DNA from: an uncultured Gemmatimonadaceae bacterium
Lineage (GTDB): Bacteria > Gemmatimonadota > Gemmatimonadetes > Gemmatimonadales > Gemmatimonadaceae
Reading direction: 5' to 3'
Assembly: GCA_963829055.1 (NCBI GenBank)
Contig: CAWHHI010000018.1
Span: 1-64,000, forward strand
DNA: 64,000 bases
Below are positions 53,624-63,515 of this stretch, one piece after another (within the stretch, counting starts at the first letter, position 1; every line of letters starts with the position of its first letter). Under the pieces are notes generated by a model. The model searched no databases and had not been told where the DNA came from. It saw nothing but the letters and a program-made list of their open reading frames with translations. The position numbers and the translations under genes were made by a program.

Positions 53624-55995
53624 ATGCCACTGCCACTTCCCACGCTCGACACGCGCCGGTGGGCTGACCTCGTGGACGAAGGCCGGGCGGTCATCCCGCG
53701 TTACGCGCCGGAGTGGACCGACCACAACGTTCATGATCCGGGAATCACGCTGCTCGAGCTGTTCGCCTGGCTCACGGAGCAGCTCATCTATCGCGCGAAC
53801 CGCGTTCCCGAGCGACACCTCCGCAAATTCCTCGCGCTCGCCGGCTTCGTGCCCGAGCCGCCGCTTCCGGCGCGCGCCGTCATTGCTGTGCAGCCCGCGG
53901 GCGGAACGGGATCACTCACGATTCCCCAGGGCACTCCGTTCACGACTGCGGCCGAGGATGGGCGCGTGATCTGGTTTCGCACCACCGAACCACTCACGGC
54001 CGTCGATTCACAGCTCGTCGCCGTGCAGACGTGGGATGGCACCCGGTTCATCGACCGGAGTCTCGGCCTTCGTGACCGCGCGAACATCCCGCTCCTGGGG
54101 CTCGACCCGCGTACGCCAGTGCCGTACGATCCGGATCGCGCGCCTGCGTGCTATTTCGGTTTCGATCGCACGCTCCCAGTGGCGACGCGAGTCACGCTCT
54201 GGTTCCAGTTCGCCGGCGCCATGCGGGACGAACGCGAGCGGATCGAGCGCGAGGCCGTGGATTCAGCGTTAGGCTGCGCGCGCCCGCCGAAGAAATGTCG
54301 GGGCGCCGACGCGGAGCCAGACGCGCGGCACGGACGCTGGGGCTGCGTCGCGCCACCACCACTCGGCGCGGACGGTCTGGGAGTATCTCACGTCCACTGG
54401 GTGGCAGCGGCTCGACGCGGATGCCGGCGAGATCGACGACCGAACCCGCGCGCTCACGCTCAATGGGCCCGTGTACCTTCGTCTCCCGACGACGATGGCG
54501 CAGCAACAGATCGGTGCAGTAGGCTCGCCGCTGTTCTGGATCCGCTGTCGCCTCGTCCGCGGTGCGTTCGACGCGACGCCAATGCTGGTGGACGCGACCT
54601 TCAACGGCGCGCCGGCCGAACAGGCGCGTCAGGCCTGGCGGCGGCTGACGATCGCGGCGGGAGTCGTGGTGTCGGGGACTATCACGGTCGGCCAACCGGC
54701 TCGGATCACCGTACGCATAGACGACCGCGGTGTCGTGCAAACGACTCGCGGTCGAGCCGCCGACGTCCTCGGCTCCCGAGCTGCTGGTGCTCGACTACGT
54801 TGCACCCACCGCCTCGACGGCAGGATCGATCGCGCTGCCGCTCGTCCCGTTAGGCATCGGCACCGGCCTTCCCGAGCAGCACCCTGTTCTGGAAAACGCG
54901 CCGGTGTCACGCGGCGAGGCGTCGGTCTTCTCACTCGAGAACGCTGCTGGCTCGATCGCGTGGCGGCCGTGGGAGGTACGGCGCGATCTCGACGCGTCGG
55001 GGGAGCTGGACGCGCACGTCTCGCTCGACGCTGCGACTGGCACGCTGCGCTTCGGCAATGGCGTACGCGGTCGCACTCCTCCCGACGGCGCACCGCTCGT
55101 CGCCACGTACCGCACGACGCTCGGAGCGAACGGCAACGTCGTGGGCGGCCGTGCCTGGCAGCTCGCCAATGACGTCTTCGCACGCGCTGTGCTTGGCGTC
55201 GGCTACGCCGCGGCGTCTCAGGCGACTGCGGCCTCACGCGGTGGGGCACGTTTTGGCGCGGACGCCGAGGATGTAGGACACGCGGCGGCGCGAGCGGCGG
55301 CTTTCCTGTGGGCCCACGAGCGGCTCGTGGATCTCTGTCCGTCCGACGAGTGCGACACGCTCGACCAACTCGACCGCGACGTCGTGCTCTCGCGACCGGC
55401 GCCGTCGCGGGCCACGACCGCGCTCGACGTCGAGCGGATCGCCGTGGACGTGGCAGGGACACGCGTGAGGCGCGCCCGTGCGTGGCCGGGTCTCGACGCC
55501 ACCGATCCGTGCCTGGAAGCACCAGGCACGATCACACTCATCATCGTCCCGGAGCTTCCCCTCGCACGCCCGATGCCGAGCGCGGGGCTCATCCGCGTGG
55601 TGCGCCGGTGGCTCGACCGCCGCCGGGTCCTCTGCACGCGACTCGTTGTCGTCGGGCCCACCTATCTCGACGTCGGCGTGACAGCGACGGTGCGTGCCCT
55701 TCCGTCGGCGGACCCGACGCGCGTGCAGCGCGCCGTGATCACTGCGCTCACGGCGTTCCTCGACCCGCTGACCGGCGGACCGGCTGGACGCGGATGGCCG
55801 TTCGGGCGCGACGTGTACCGGAGCGAGATCTTGCAGACGATCGACGCCGTCCCCGGCGTGGATCACGTATTGAGCATGTCGTTAGGCGCTCACGCCGGGG
55901 ACACCGTACGCGCATCCACGTGCGACAACCTCTGCGTCCCACCGACGTGGCTCGTCGCGTCGGCGACACACACTGTTCAGGTGCTCCGCGCATGA
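53624..55995 (+). CDS. Baseplate J-like assembly protein 2, frameshifted near 54300-54350 and 54745
   Basis: LDTRRWADLV, PEWTDHNVHDPGITLLELFAW, FGNGVRGRTPP, RATTALD, FLDPLTGGP..GWPFGR. Confidence 0.88.
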
Positions 55996-56984
55996 CGCGC
56001 CCGCCGCGTCCACCTCAGCGGGTAGCCTGGTTCGATGGCGCGCCTCTGCGCCGCCGCGACCTTGGCGACGCGATCGCGCACGAGGCGCGGATGCTCGGCC
56101 TGCACGTGAGCGCCACGCATCGCACGTGGGGAGTGGCGCTCGGCTACACCATCGCCCTCGGCGACGACCGTCGACAGATCGTCGTCGGGCCAGGCCTCGC
56201 GTACACCTGTCGTGGCGAGGCACTCACGCTCGCGCAGGGGGTGCGGCTCAATGCTCCACCCTCAGCACCGGGTGTTACCGGGCCGCAGGCGTTCGACCTC
56301 GTCGTGGCGGCGGCTCCACGCGGCGAGGCCCGGCCATGCGAGCGCGTCTTCGCGTGCGACGGGCGGGACCCCGTTAGGCGCGTTGGCCTTCGATGGGAGT
56401 TCGCTGGGCAAGTCGGTTCTGGTGCGCTCGAGCCGCCGCTCGCCGCGGGGGTGCGTATTGGCGAGGACGTTCCGCTCGCCCGGTTCTTCCGGTTCGCCGA
56501 CGGACTGCTCGGAAGACCTGACTACGCCATACGACGCATCGCGCGAGGACTCACTCGCCCGCACGTGGCGTTCGGCGTCACCGGTTCTGGTGCGCTCACC
56601 TGGCAGGTGCAGGGGCATCGCCTCGTCGCGACCGTCGACACGAGCGAGCACGGGTTCACGACGATTCCGCGCTACTTCGTGTCGCTCGCCAAGTCGCCAC
56701 TCATCAGTGGCAGCGTCGTCGGCGCGTTCCTGCAGCTCGAGGTCGCCAGCGCGACGTGGTTCAAGGTCGGCCTCGCGTTCGCCGCGCGCCCGCAGAACGC
56801 ACCGACTGCCGCCGCGCTGCTCGCCAGCAGCAATGCCGCCAGCGTTATGTGGGTTGGCGTCGAGACGGCGCGCGGATGTCCGCCCAGCCTGGTCGGCGGA
56901 CAGATCACTACGATTGCCGGCGCGGTGATCGACCCCGCGCCGTGGCTCACGTCGCTCGCGCTGCTCGGAGTGCTCGACCCATGA
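55992..56984 (+). CDS. Hypothetical CIS fibre-like protein (paralog family member 1)
   Basis: RVAWFDGAPLRRRDL...WGVALG...VGPGLAYTCRGE; VDTS..GF...P.Y. Confidence 0.65.
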   Translation: MTRPPRPPQRVAWFDGAPLRRRDLGDAIAHEARMLGLHVSATHRTWGVALGYTIALGDDRRQIVVGPGLAYTCRGEALTLAQGVRLNAPPSAPGVTGPQAFDLVVAAAPRGEARPCERVFACDGRDPVRRVGLRWEFAGQVGSGALEPPLAAGVRIGEDVPLARFFRFADGLLGRPDYAIRRIARGLTRPHVAFGVTGSGALTWQVQGHRLVATVDTSEHGFTTIPRYFVSLAKSPLISGSVVGAFLQLEVASATWFKVGLAFAARPQNAPTAAALLASSNAASVMWVGVETARGCPPSLVGGQITTIAGAVIDPAPWLTSLALLGVLDP

Positions 56985-57913
56985 CGACACCGCTCGGCAT
57001 CCCTGATCTCACGCGGCCCGACTTCTTCGACGGGCAACTGCTCGACGCGGAGGACCTATCGAGCATCTACGATTTCCACCGGTCGCTTCGCTGGCTTCAC
57101 AACCGCGCGCTTCACGACTGGGGAATCGCCGCCGGGTTCGGGGTGACCGGCGAGAAGCGGAAAGCGGCAATCGTCGTCGCTCCGGGATACGGCATCGACT
57201 GCGCGGGGCGCGACATCGTGTTGGCAGAGCAGACCACCCTCATGGTTCCCGCGGTGGCGGGGGCTCCGACCGGCGGTCCCGTCCAGTACTTCCTCACGGC
57301 GTCGTGGCAAGCCGACGACGCGATCGCACCGGCCGAGACGCGGAGCGGTGTATGCGTGCCGGGCGGTGCCGTTAGGCGTCCCGACCAGCCGCTGCTCCGC
57401 TTCCAGAATCCGCGAGACCCGAGCGCGGGCGCGGACCGGTTTCGCCGCGGGTTCGACATCGTGCTGGCGTCGGTGCTCGTGGAGGATTGCTCCCTCGCCG
57501 CCGTCCCGTCGCTTGCCGAGCGTCGCGACGCGCATCCGGCGTCGCAACCGTATGTCTACGCGGCGAGCACCTCATCCCTCGAGACCGGCTGGCGTTTCTT
57601 TCCGGCTGTCGGTGCGCCGCAGGGTGTGGAGACCGTCGTCGACACCTCGGCGGCGGGGTTCGTCAAATCGCCCACGTACACCGCGCAAGTGATCGGCAAC
57701 CGCGCGCTCGCGGCGAACGGGCCCATTGTCGACGGGTTCGTGTCTATTGTGCAGCCGACGGCGACGAGCTTCACGCTGCGACTTCTGCTTCCGCGGAATC
57801 TCGTAATGGGGAACCTGCCACTCAATCCTGATGCGATCTTCGTCCCCGCGACGCTGGCCGCGCTTCAGAAGACGCTCGGCTGGAGCGTGGCGTGGATGGG
57901 GATCGAGGGGTAG
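56981..57913 (+). CDS. Hypothetical CIS fibre-like protein (paralog family member 2)
   Basis: RPDFFDGQLLDAEDL...HNRALHDWGI..G...VAPGYGIDCAGRDI; VDTSAAGF...P.Y. Confidence 0.7.
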   Translation: MTTPLGIPDLTRPDFFDGQLLDAEDLSSIYDFHRSLRWLHNRALHDWGIAAGFGVTGEKRKAAIVVAPGYGIDCAGRDIVLAEQTTLMVPAVAGAPTGGPVQYFLTASWQADDAIAPAETRSGVCVPGGAVRRPDQPLLRFQNPRDPSAGADRFRRGFDIVLASVLVEDCSLAAVPSLAERRDAHPASQPYVYAASTSSLETGWRFFPAVGAPQGVETVVDTSAAGFVKSPTYTAQVIGNRALAANGPIVDGFVSIVQPTATSFTLRLLLPRNLVMGNLPLNPDAIFVPATLAALQKTLGWSVAWMGIEG

Positions 57914-57918
57914 GCGCG

Positions 57919-60150
57919 ATGACCCACATGCCCACGTACCGGTATCTGCGGCTGGAGCGCGACTGGCCTACGCTCGAGGGAGTGGGCGTCGAGGTCGGGG
58001 ACGACGGGGCGGTGACTCTCGCCCGGCTCCCGGCGCTCGCGGAGCCGTTAGGCGATCCGCTGCCACCGCTGCCGGGTCTCGACGGGCCTGCCGGCATCGG
58101 AGTTCACCCGTGCGGTGACGTGTACGTATCCGACCTCGTTCGGCACCGCGTGATCCGCATCGACGCGTGCGACGACTCGGCCACGCCACTGCCGTGCCTA
58201 ACGGGTCCGGGGAGCGAGCCGGGACAGCTGCTCGCCCCGCGCGGGCTCCTCGTCGGGCCGCATGACGCGCTCTACATCGCGGACAGCGGCAATCGGCGCG
58301 TCGTGATCGTGGACCTCGCAACCGGGCAGCTGAGGGGAATCTGGGGTGGCGAGGAAGATCCTGTGCACGCGTTCGTGCAGCCGTGGGACCTCGCCGCCGA
58401 TTCTCGCGGCGCAATCTACGTCGCTGACCCGGGAGCGATGAATCCCGATGGCCAGTGGGCTGGCGGACGCCTCTGGAAGCTCGACGTCAGTGGCCGCGTT
58501 GACGGCGCGTTCGACGCGCGGCTGCGCGCACAGCCCGAGGTGCCGGGAGCGCCCGCGAGCGTCGCGATCGCGTTGCTCGACGCGCGCGATGCATCCAGCG
58601 AGCGGCTCATCGTGCTCGACCGACGGCCGCCGCGGCTCCTGGCGTACATGCTGGACGGCACGCTCGACACCGAGACGACGCTGCAATGGTCGCGCGCGCT
58701 CGGTGGGGACACGCGGCCGACATCCGTCGCGCTGACGTCAGGCACACTCTACGTCTCGGATGCGGCCGGCCGCCGCGTGCTCGTCTTCGGCGTCGACGGC
58801 GCGTTCCGTGGCGTGGCTCGCACCCCTAACGCGAACAGCCTCGGCCTGGGCGTCGACTGCCGAGGGCGACTCATCGTTCATCCCGGGAGCGGCAATGCGG
58901 TCCGCCGCGCTCTGGGGCTCCCAGTGTTCGCCGAGTGCGGCACGCTGCTGCTCGGACCGTACGAGGCGGGGAGCGAGCCGACGCGGTGGCAGCGGCTTCA
59001 GCTCATCGCGGAGCCCATTCCCGAAGGCGCGCATCTGCGCCTGTTCACGTTGACGAGCGACACGCTCGACGGGACAGCTGGCCGGCGTCCCGTCATGCCG
59101 GTCGTGTGCGATGGGACGACGGGACCCTCGTTGGTAGCGGAAAGCGAGTGGCCGCCCGCACCTCGCGACCAATGGCGTGCCGCGCCGCGGGATGCGACCG
59201 ACGTGCTCGCGCTCAACGCGCCTGCTCGGTTCCTGTGGATCGCCGCCCAGCTCCAGAGCGACGGGAACGCTACGCCAGCGCTTCGACAGCTCCGTCTCAC
59301 GCACGATGAAGACGGGTGGATTCAGTTCCTTCCCGCGCTCTACCGGCGGGACGAGACGAGCCGCGTGTTCCTCGAGCGTGCGCTCGCCGCGTTCGAGAGC
59401 GTGCTCAATGAGGATGAGTCGCTGATCGACGCTCTGCCGCGGCACTTCGACGCGTTCGCCGTGCCGGACGTGGGTGACCGGCCGACGTGGCTCGACTGGC
59501 TCGCCGACTGGGTAGACGCAGGGCTCAGTGAGACGTGGAACGACGCGACGCGGCGCCAGGTTACCGCCGACGCGTTTCGGATGCACGCACGTCGCGGAAC
59601 GATCGAGAGTCTGCGCCGCCTCGTGCGACTCTACACCGGCGCGACGCCGTTCATCGAGGAGAGCTTCGTCCCCGGTCTCTGGTCGCTCGGTGCCAGCGGG
59701 CGTCTGGGCGTCAGCACGATGCTCGCCGACGCGAGCCCCGATGGGGCGGTGCTCGGCGCCACCGCACGTGTGAATCGGTCGAGCCTCATCCACGAGGAGG
59801 ACCGGGGCGCGCCGGTGTTCGACGAGCGGGCGCACCGCTTCACTGTGCGCGTCTACGCCGCGGAGCTCTCGGGCACTGACGGGCTGGATCGCGTGCGCGG
59901 AGTGATTGATCGGGAGAAACCCGCTCACACCACGTACCACCTGTGCGCGATCGAGGCCAGGGCGCGCGCGGGTGCTCAGGCGCGGCTCGGAATCGACGCC
60001 ATCGTCGCCGGTCCGCCGCTCGCGTCGTCGTTAGGCGGAAGCGCCCGGCTCGGCAACGACATGGCCCTCGGGGACACACCGGGCGGCAAGCACGTGGGGA
60101 GTGCGTTGGGGAAGGGAGCCCGTGTTGGGATCCAGGCTACGGTGAGATGA
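57919..60150 (+). CDS. Phage tail protein I-like baseplate protein fused to an NHL/beta-propeller
   Basis: NHL repeats (YIADSGNRRV, QPWDLAADSRG), then FLPALYR..FLERAL, WLDWLADW, RRGT..SL, EKPAHT. Confidence 0.8.
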   Translation: MTHMPTYRYLRLERDWPTLEGVGVEVGDDGAVTLARLPALAEPLGDPLPPLPGLDGPAGIGVHPCGDVYVSDLVRHRVIRIDACDDSATPLPCLTGPGSEPGQLLAPRGLLVGPHDALYIADSGNRRVVIVDLATGQLRGIWGGEEDPVHAFVQPWDLAADSRGAIYVADPGAMNPDGQWAGGRLWKLDVSGRVDGAFDARLRAQPEVPGAPASVAIALLDARDASSERLIVLDRRPPRLLAYMLDGTLDTETTLQWSRALGGDTRPTSVALTSGTLYVSDAAGRRVLVFGVDGAFRGVARTPNANSLGLGVDCRGRLIVHPGSGNAVRRALGLPVFAECGTLLLGPYEAGSEPTRWQRLQLIAEPIPEGAHLRLFTLTSDTLDGTAGRRPVMPVVCDGTTGPSLVAESEWPPAPRDQWRAAPRDATDVLALNAPARFLWIAAQLQSDGNATPALRQLRLTHDEDGWIQFLPALYRRDETSRVFLERALAAFESVLNEDESLIDALPRHFDAFAVPDVGDRPTWLDWLADWVDAGLSETWNDATRRQVTADAFRMHARRGTIESLRRLVRLYTGATPFIEESFVPGLWSLGASGRLGVSTMLADASPDGAVLGATARVNRSSLIHEEDRGAPVFDERAHRFTVRVYAAELSGTDGLDRVRGVIDREKPAHTTYHLCAIEARARAGAQARLGIDAIVAGPPLASSLGGSARLGNDMALGDTPGGKHVGSALGKGARVGIQATVR

Positions 60151-60194
60151 GGGACGCGGCGCGCGGCCGCGAAACGCCAAGGACCGAGGGACTG

Positions 60195-62018
60195 ATGGGA
60201 ACTTCGATAGCCGATTGCGGACCAGAGGCACGCGCACTCCTCGCGCGGCTCGCCACGCCATCCCGCAACCGATACTTCTACGGCAAGATGCTCGACGCGT
60301 ACCACCTCGAGCTCGAGCAGCGCTACGGAAACACCAAGCGATGGTTGATCAACCGGCTCTCGCTCGGCTCGGGAATCCTGTGCGGGCTCGACGTCGTTGC
60401 CTCGTCCGACAACACGCGGCTGCGCGTGACATCGGGTGTGGCGATCGACGGGTTGGGGCGCGAGATCATCGTTCCGCAGGCAACCGCGCCGATCGATCCC
60501 AGTCAGCCGACGGACGACTGTGGCCGCCCGGACGGCGTCCCCATTCGCGGTGACGAGCGCGTCACTCTCGCTGTCTGTTACCACGAGTGCGAAGCCGAGC
60601 CGAGCCCGGTGATGATCTCCGAGTGCGGGCCGGAGCAGAGCTGTGAGAACGGACTCGTTCGCGAGCGGTATCGGCTGCGCATCATACGAGGAGACCCGGC
60701 GCCGCCCGGGTTCATCACGCCGGAGCAGTGCGCGCGGATCTTCGCGCAGCCGCCGCAGGGAGTGAGCCGCCGCGAGGTGGTGTGCGACACGCTCGACATC
60801 GACTGCGCCCCGCCCAATGAAACGTGTGTGCCACTTGCCGTCATCACGCTCGACGGGCGTGGCGGCATCGCGAGCATTCAGCGCTGTGCGTTCCGGCGCA
60901 CCCTCTACAGCAACGCCGTGCTGCTCGACCTGATCCTCTGTCTCGCCTCACGCGTCGACCAATGCTGCGGCGGGCTCACGGTGCAGGCGATCATGATCGT
61001 CTCCGGGAACAACCAGAGCGGGAACGTGGGCCAGCCCCTCGCGCAGGCGCTGGTCGTGCGCGTGGTCGATGGCGGAAACCCCGTCCCGAACGAGCCAGTG
61101 ACGTTCGAGGTCGTGCCTAACAACGGACTGGTCGGAGCCGCGGTCAACTCGCTGGCGACGTCCTTTACGACGAATACCGACGCCGGCGGGATCGCCGTCT
61201 GTCCGGTGTGGCAGCTGGGACCCGCGCCCGGGCCCCAGGCGGTCACCGCGCGAATCGCCGCGGGGACGCCGTCGCTCGTCACGTTCAACGCGCGGGCCGC
61301 GAGGGCGGTGGTCGATCTCCCCGTGGTGCGTGCGCTCTGGCCCACGAGCTCGGTGGCGCTGTCGGCAGCGAGCCCGGATCCGATCGTTAGGCAGTGGCTC
61401 ACGACCTTCCTGGCGTCGCCGCGGTTCGAGATCACGTTCAACCACAAGATGCTCGAGGCCCAACTGCAGAAGCCCGACCCGTGGCTTCGCGTCTTCGTCC
61501 TGCGGCGACTGGCGGAGAATCAGGTCGATGTGCTGCGGATGCCGATCACCTACGCCGGGCCGGCCGCGCTGCCGATCCTCGGGCAGCCTGGATTCACCGA
61601 GGTCTACTCGCTCGGCCAGGCGAACACGCCGGCGGCAGGTGGCGGACTGTCGAGCGTCGGAGCCGGTGCCGGCGGAGCGTCCGGCGTCGCCGCCGCGATG
61701 GCATCGCTCGCCACTCCGGCCGTCGGGGCGGTTGCGGGGCCGCCAGAGATCCGGCTCCTCGTCCTCATGCGCGCCGAGTCGGGCAACATCGTCGACACGT
61801 CGACACCGACCGCGCTCCTGCTCGACGCCGAGTTCCCCGGTACGCGCCTAACGTCGGTGCAGCGCGACCAGATCTGGCCCGTTACCGCGGCGCAGCCGTT
61901 CCCGCAGACGGTGTGGGACGCACTGGTCGACACCGGCGCACGCCTCCCGCAGTCCGGAGACAACGTCGAAGGCGGACAATTCCATGGTTGGTTCTCGATC
62001 GTGCTGCGGCAGGGCTAG
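60195..62018 (+). CDS. Cys-rich CIS protein with Ig-like domain (paralog family member 3)
   Basis: RNRYFYGKMLD...GILCGLDV...VTSGVAIDGLGREI; SGNNQSG.VG..L...LVVRVVD...VTF Ig-like module. Confidence 0.72.
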   Translation: MGTSIADCGPEARALLARLATPSRNRYFYGKMLDAYHLELEQRYGNTKRWLINRLSLGSGILCGLDVVASSDNTRLRVTSGVAIDGLGREIIVPQATAPIDPSQPTDDCGRPDGVPIRGDERVTLAVCYHECEAEPSPVMISECGPEQSCENGLVRERYRLRIIRGDPAPPGFITPEQCARIFAQPPQGVSRREVVCDTLDIDCAPPNETCVPLAVITLDGRGGIASIQRCAFRRTLYSNAVLLDLILCLASRVDQCCGGLTVQAIMIVSGNNQSGNVGQPLAQALVVRVVDGGNPVPNEPVTFEVVPNNGLVGAAVNSLATSFTTNTDAGGIAVCPVWQLGPAPGPQAVTARIAAGTPSLVTFNARAARAVVDLPVVRALWPTSSVALSAASPDPIVRQWLTTFLASPRFEITFNHKMLEAQLQKPDPWLRVFVLRRLAENQVDVLRMPITYAGPAALPILGQPGFTEVYSLGQANTPAAGGGLSSVGAGAGGASGVAAAMASLATPAVGAVAGPPEIRLLVLMRAESGNIVDTSTPTALLLDAEFPGTRLTSVQRDQIWPVTAAQPFPQTVWDALVDTGARLPQSGDNVEGGQFHGWFSIVLRQG

Positions 62019-62030
62019 GAGATCTCACTT

Positions 62031-63515
62031 ATGACGACAAGTCTTTGCGGATGCGGACAGAGCGCTGCCTCTCCCTGCGACGCCGCGAGCACCACCGCGC
62101 TGGAGCGAACGCGGTTCTTCGCCGGGCAGATCCTCGGCCCCGACGATCTGACGCAGGACCAGATGTACTTCCGCGAGAAGCATCGCCGCCACAACCGCAT
62201 GCTCCACGGATGGGGCGTCGTGTGCGGCGCGTGTGTGCGGCGCGGGCAGACGAACTGCGAGGTGATCGTCGAGCCGGGGTATATCATCGGGCCGTGGGGC
62301 GATGAGATCGTGATCGACCGCGATGTCGTCGTCGACCTCTGCCGCCAGGGCGCCGGTGAGCAGCTCGGCTGCTGTGGTGAGTCGCTCGACCCGTGGTGCA
62401 ACGACACGCGGGCCGAGTGCCGCGAAGGGACGATGTACCTGGCCGTTCGTTATGCAGAATGCCAGGCGCGCCCCGTACGGTCGACCGGTGGCGGGTGCGG
62501 GTGCGGGTGCGATGACGACGGCTGCGAGTACAGCCGCATTCGCGACAGCTTTGCGATCAAGGTCCTCCGCGAGCTGCCGAGCAGCTATGCCAATCCATTC
62601 CGGCAACCGCCGGTGTCCGACTTGATCCCGTGTCAGCGCGGCCGTGCGCGCACGTGTCCGCCGTGCCCAGCGGAGCCGTGGGTGATCCTCGCCGACATCA
62701 CGGTGGGGCCGGACTGTCAGGTGCGTGCGGTCAACTGCTTCGCGCACCGGCGGAACGTCGTGTCGTTCGCAAACTTCTTCTTCGTGTGCCCGCCGACTGG
62801 CGGAGGCAGCGCCCCGCCGGTCGGCATCACGCGCCCGTCCGGACTGAGTGAGACGCTGGCACGCATGTCGGGCGGGTCCGAGCTCGTCGACCTGCGCGGC
62901 GCATTCTCGGCCGAGGGTCCGCGTGCAACCGTGGCGCTCCGCAGGGAGGACGGCACAGCGGTGACGTTCCCGATGTTCTTCACCGTGACCGCCGGCGAAA
63001 CGGTGGCGGATCTCCTCGAACGCGAAGGAGAACGCGAGTTCTACGACGCGGTGACGGACCGGACGCTCACGTTGCGCAATGTCTACGTCGCCGCGCGCGT
63101 CGAGCCGAGCACAAAGCTCCACAGTTCGCTTGATGCGTTAGGCCAGCTCGAGGGGAAGACGCTCAACGTCGTGCTGCCGGGAGTGCCGGGTGCGCGCGAG
63201 ACGCTTTCGACGCTACTCGACCCGAGTGGGTTGGAACGCCTCGATCAGGAGCATCAGGGTGATCCGGCGCGGGCGGGCCTGCTCGAGGCGACGTTGCTCG
63301 CTGGTGTGTCGTCCAAGTCGGAACTGGGGCGGCGGCTCGGAAGCCGGACCGTGGCCGAGGTGGCGGAGATGTCTCGGGCCGCTTTTCTGGACGAGGTAGT
63401 GAAGTTGGAGAAGATCCCGGAGAAGCGGCGGAAGGACGTCGAGAATCAGGCGGTGACGGTGTGGGCGGCGGCTCGCCGAGTGGTCGATGCAACGGGGAGT
63501 TCAGGAAGCCGATGA
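62031..63515 (+). CDS. Cys-rich CIS protein (paralog family member 4)
   Basis: LERTRFFAGQILGPDDL...HNRMLHGWGVVCG...VEPGY..GPWGDEI; CGCGCDDDGCEYSRIR; AGGAGA RBS. Confidence 0.75.
   Translation: MTTSLCGCGQSAASPCDAASTTALERTRFFAGQILGPDDLTQDQMYFREKHRRHNRMLHGWGVVCGACVRRGQTNCEVIVEPGYIIGPWGDEIVIDRDVVVDLCRQGAGEQLGCCGESLDPWCNDTRAECREGTMYLAVRYAECQARPVRSTGGGCGCGCDDDGCEYSRIRDSFAIKVLRELPSSYANPFRQPPVSDLIPCQRGRARTCPPCPAEPWVILADITVGPDCQVRAVNCFAHRRNVVSFANFFFVCPPTGGGSAPPVGITRPSGLSETLARMSGGSELVDLRGAFSAEGPRATVALRREDGTAVTFPMFFTVTAGETVADLLEREGEREFYDAVTDRTLTLRNVYVAARVEPSTKLHSSLDALGQLEGKTLNVVLPGVPGARETLSTLLDPSGLERLDQEHQGDPARAGLLEATLLAGVSSKSELGRRLGSRTVAEVAEMSRAAFLDEVVKLEKIPEKRRKDVENQAVTVWAAARRVVDATGSSGSR

Larger units (their letters stand above)
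33401..63515 (+). other. Extracellular contractile injection system (eCIS / phage tail-like particle) locus
   Basis: Co-directional ATPase, DUF4157 x2, DUF4255, sheath, tube, LysM, gpD, gpV, PAAR, gp25, baseplate J x2 and tail I. No capsid, terminase, portal or T6SS membrane-complex genes. Confidence 0.93.

Noticed and set aside
43154..60150. Prophage or T6SS interpretation of the tail genes
   Set aside because: No capsid, portal, terminase or integrase, and no TssJ/L/M, TssK or ClpV. DUF4255, DUF4157 and an Afp15-like ATPase point to eCIS.
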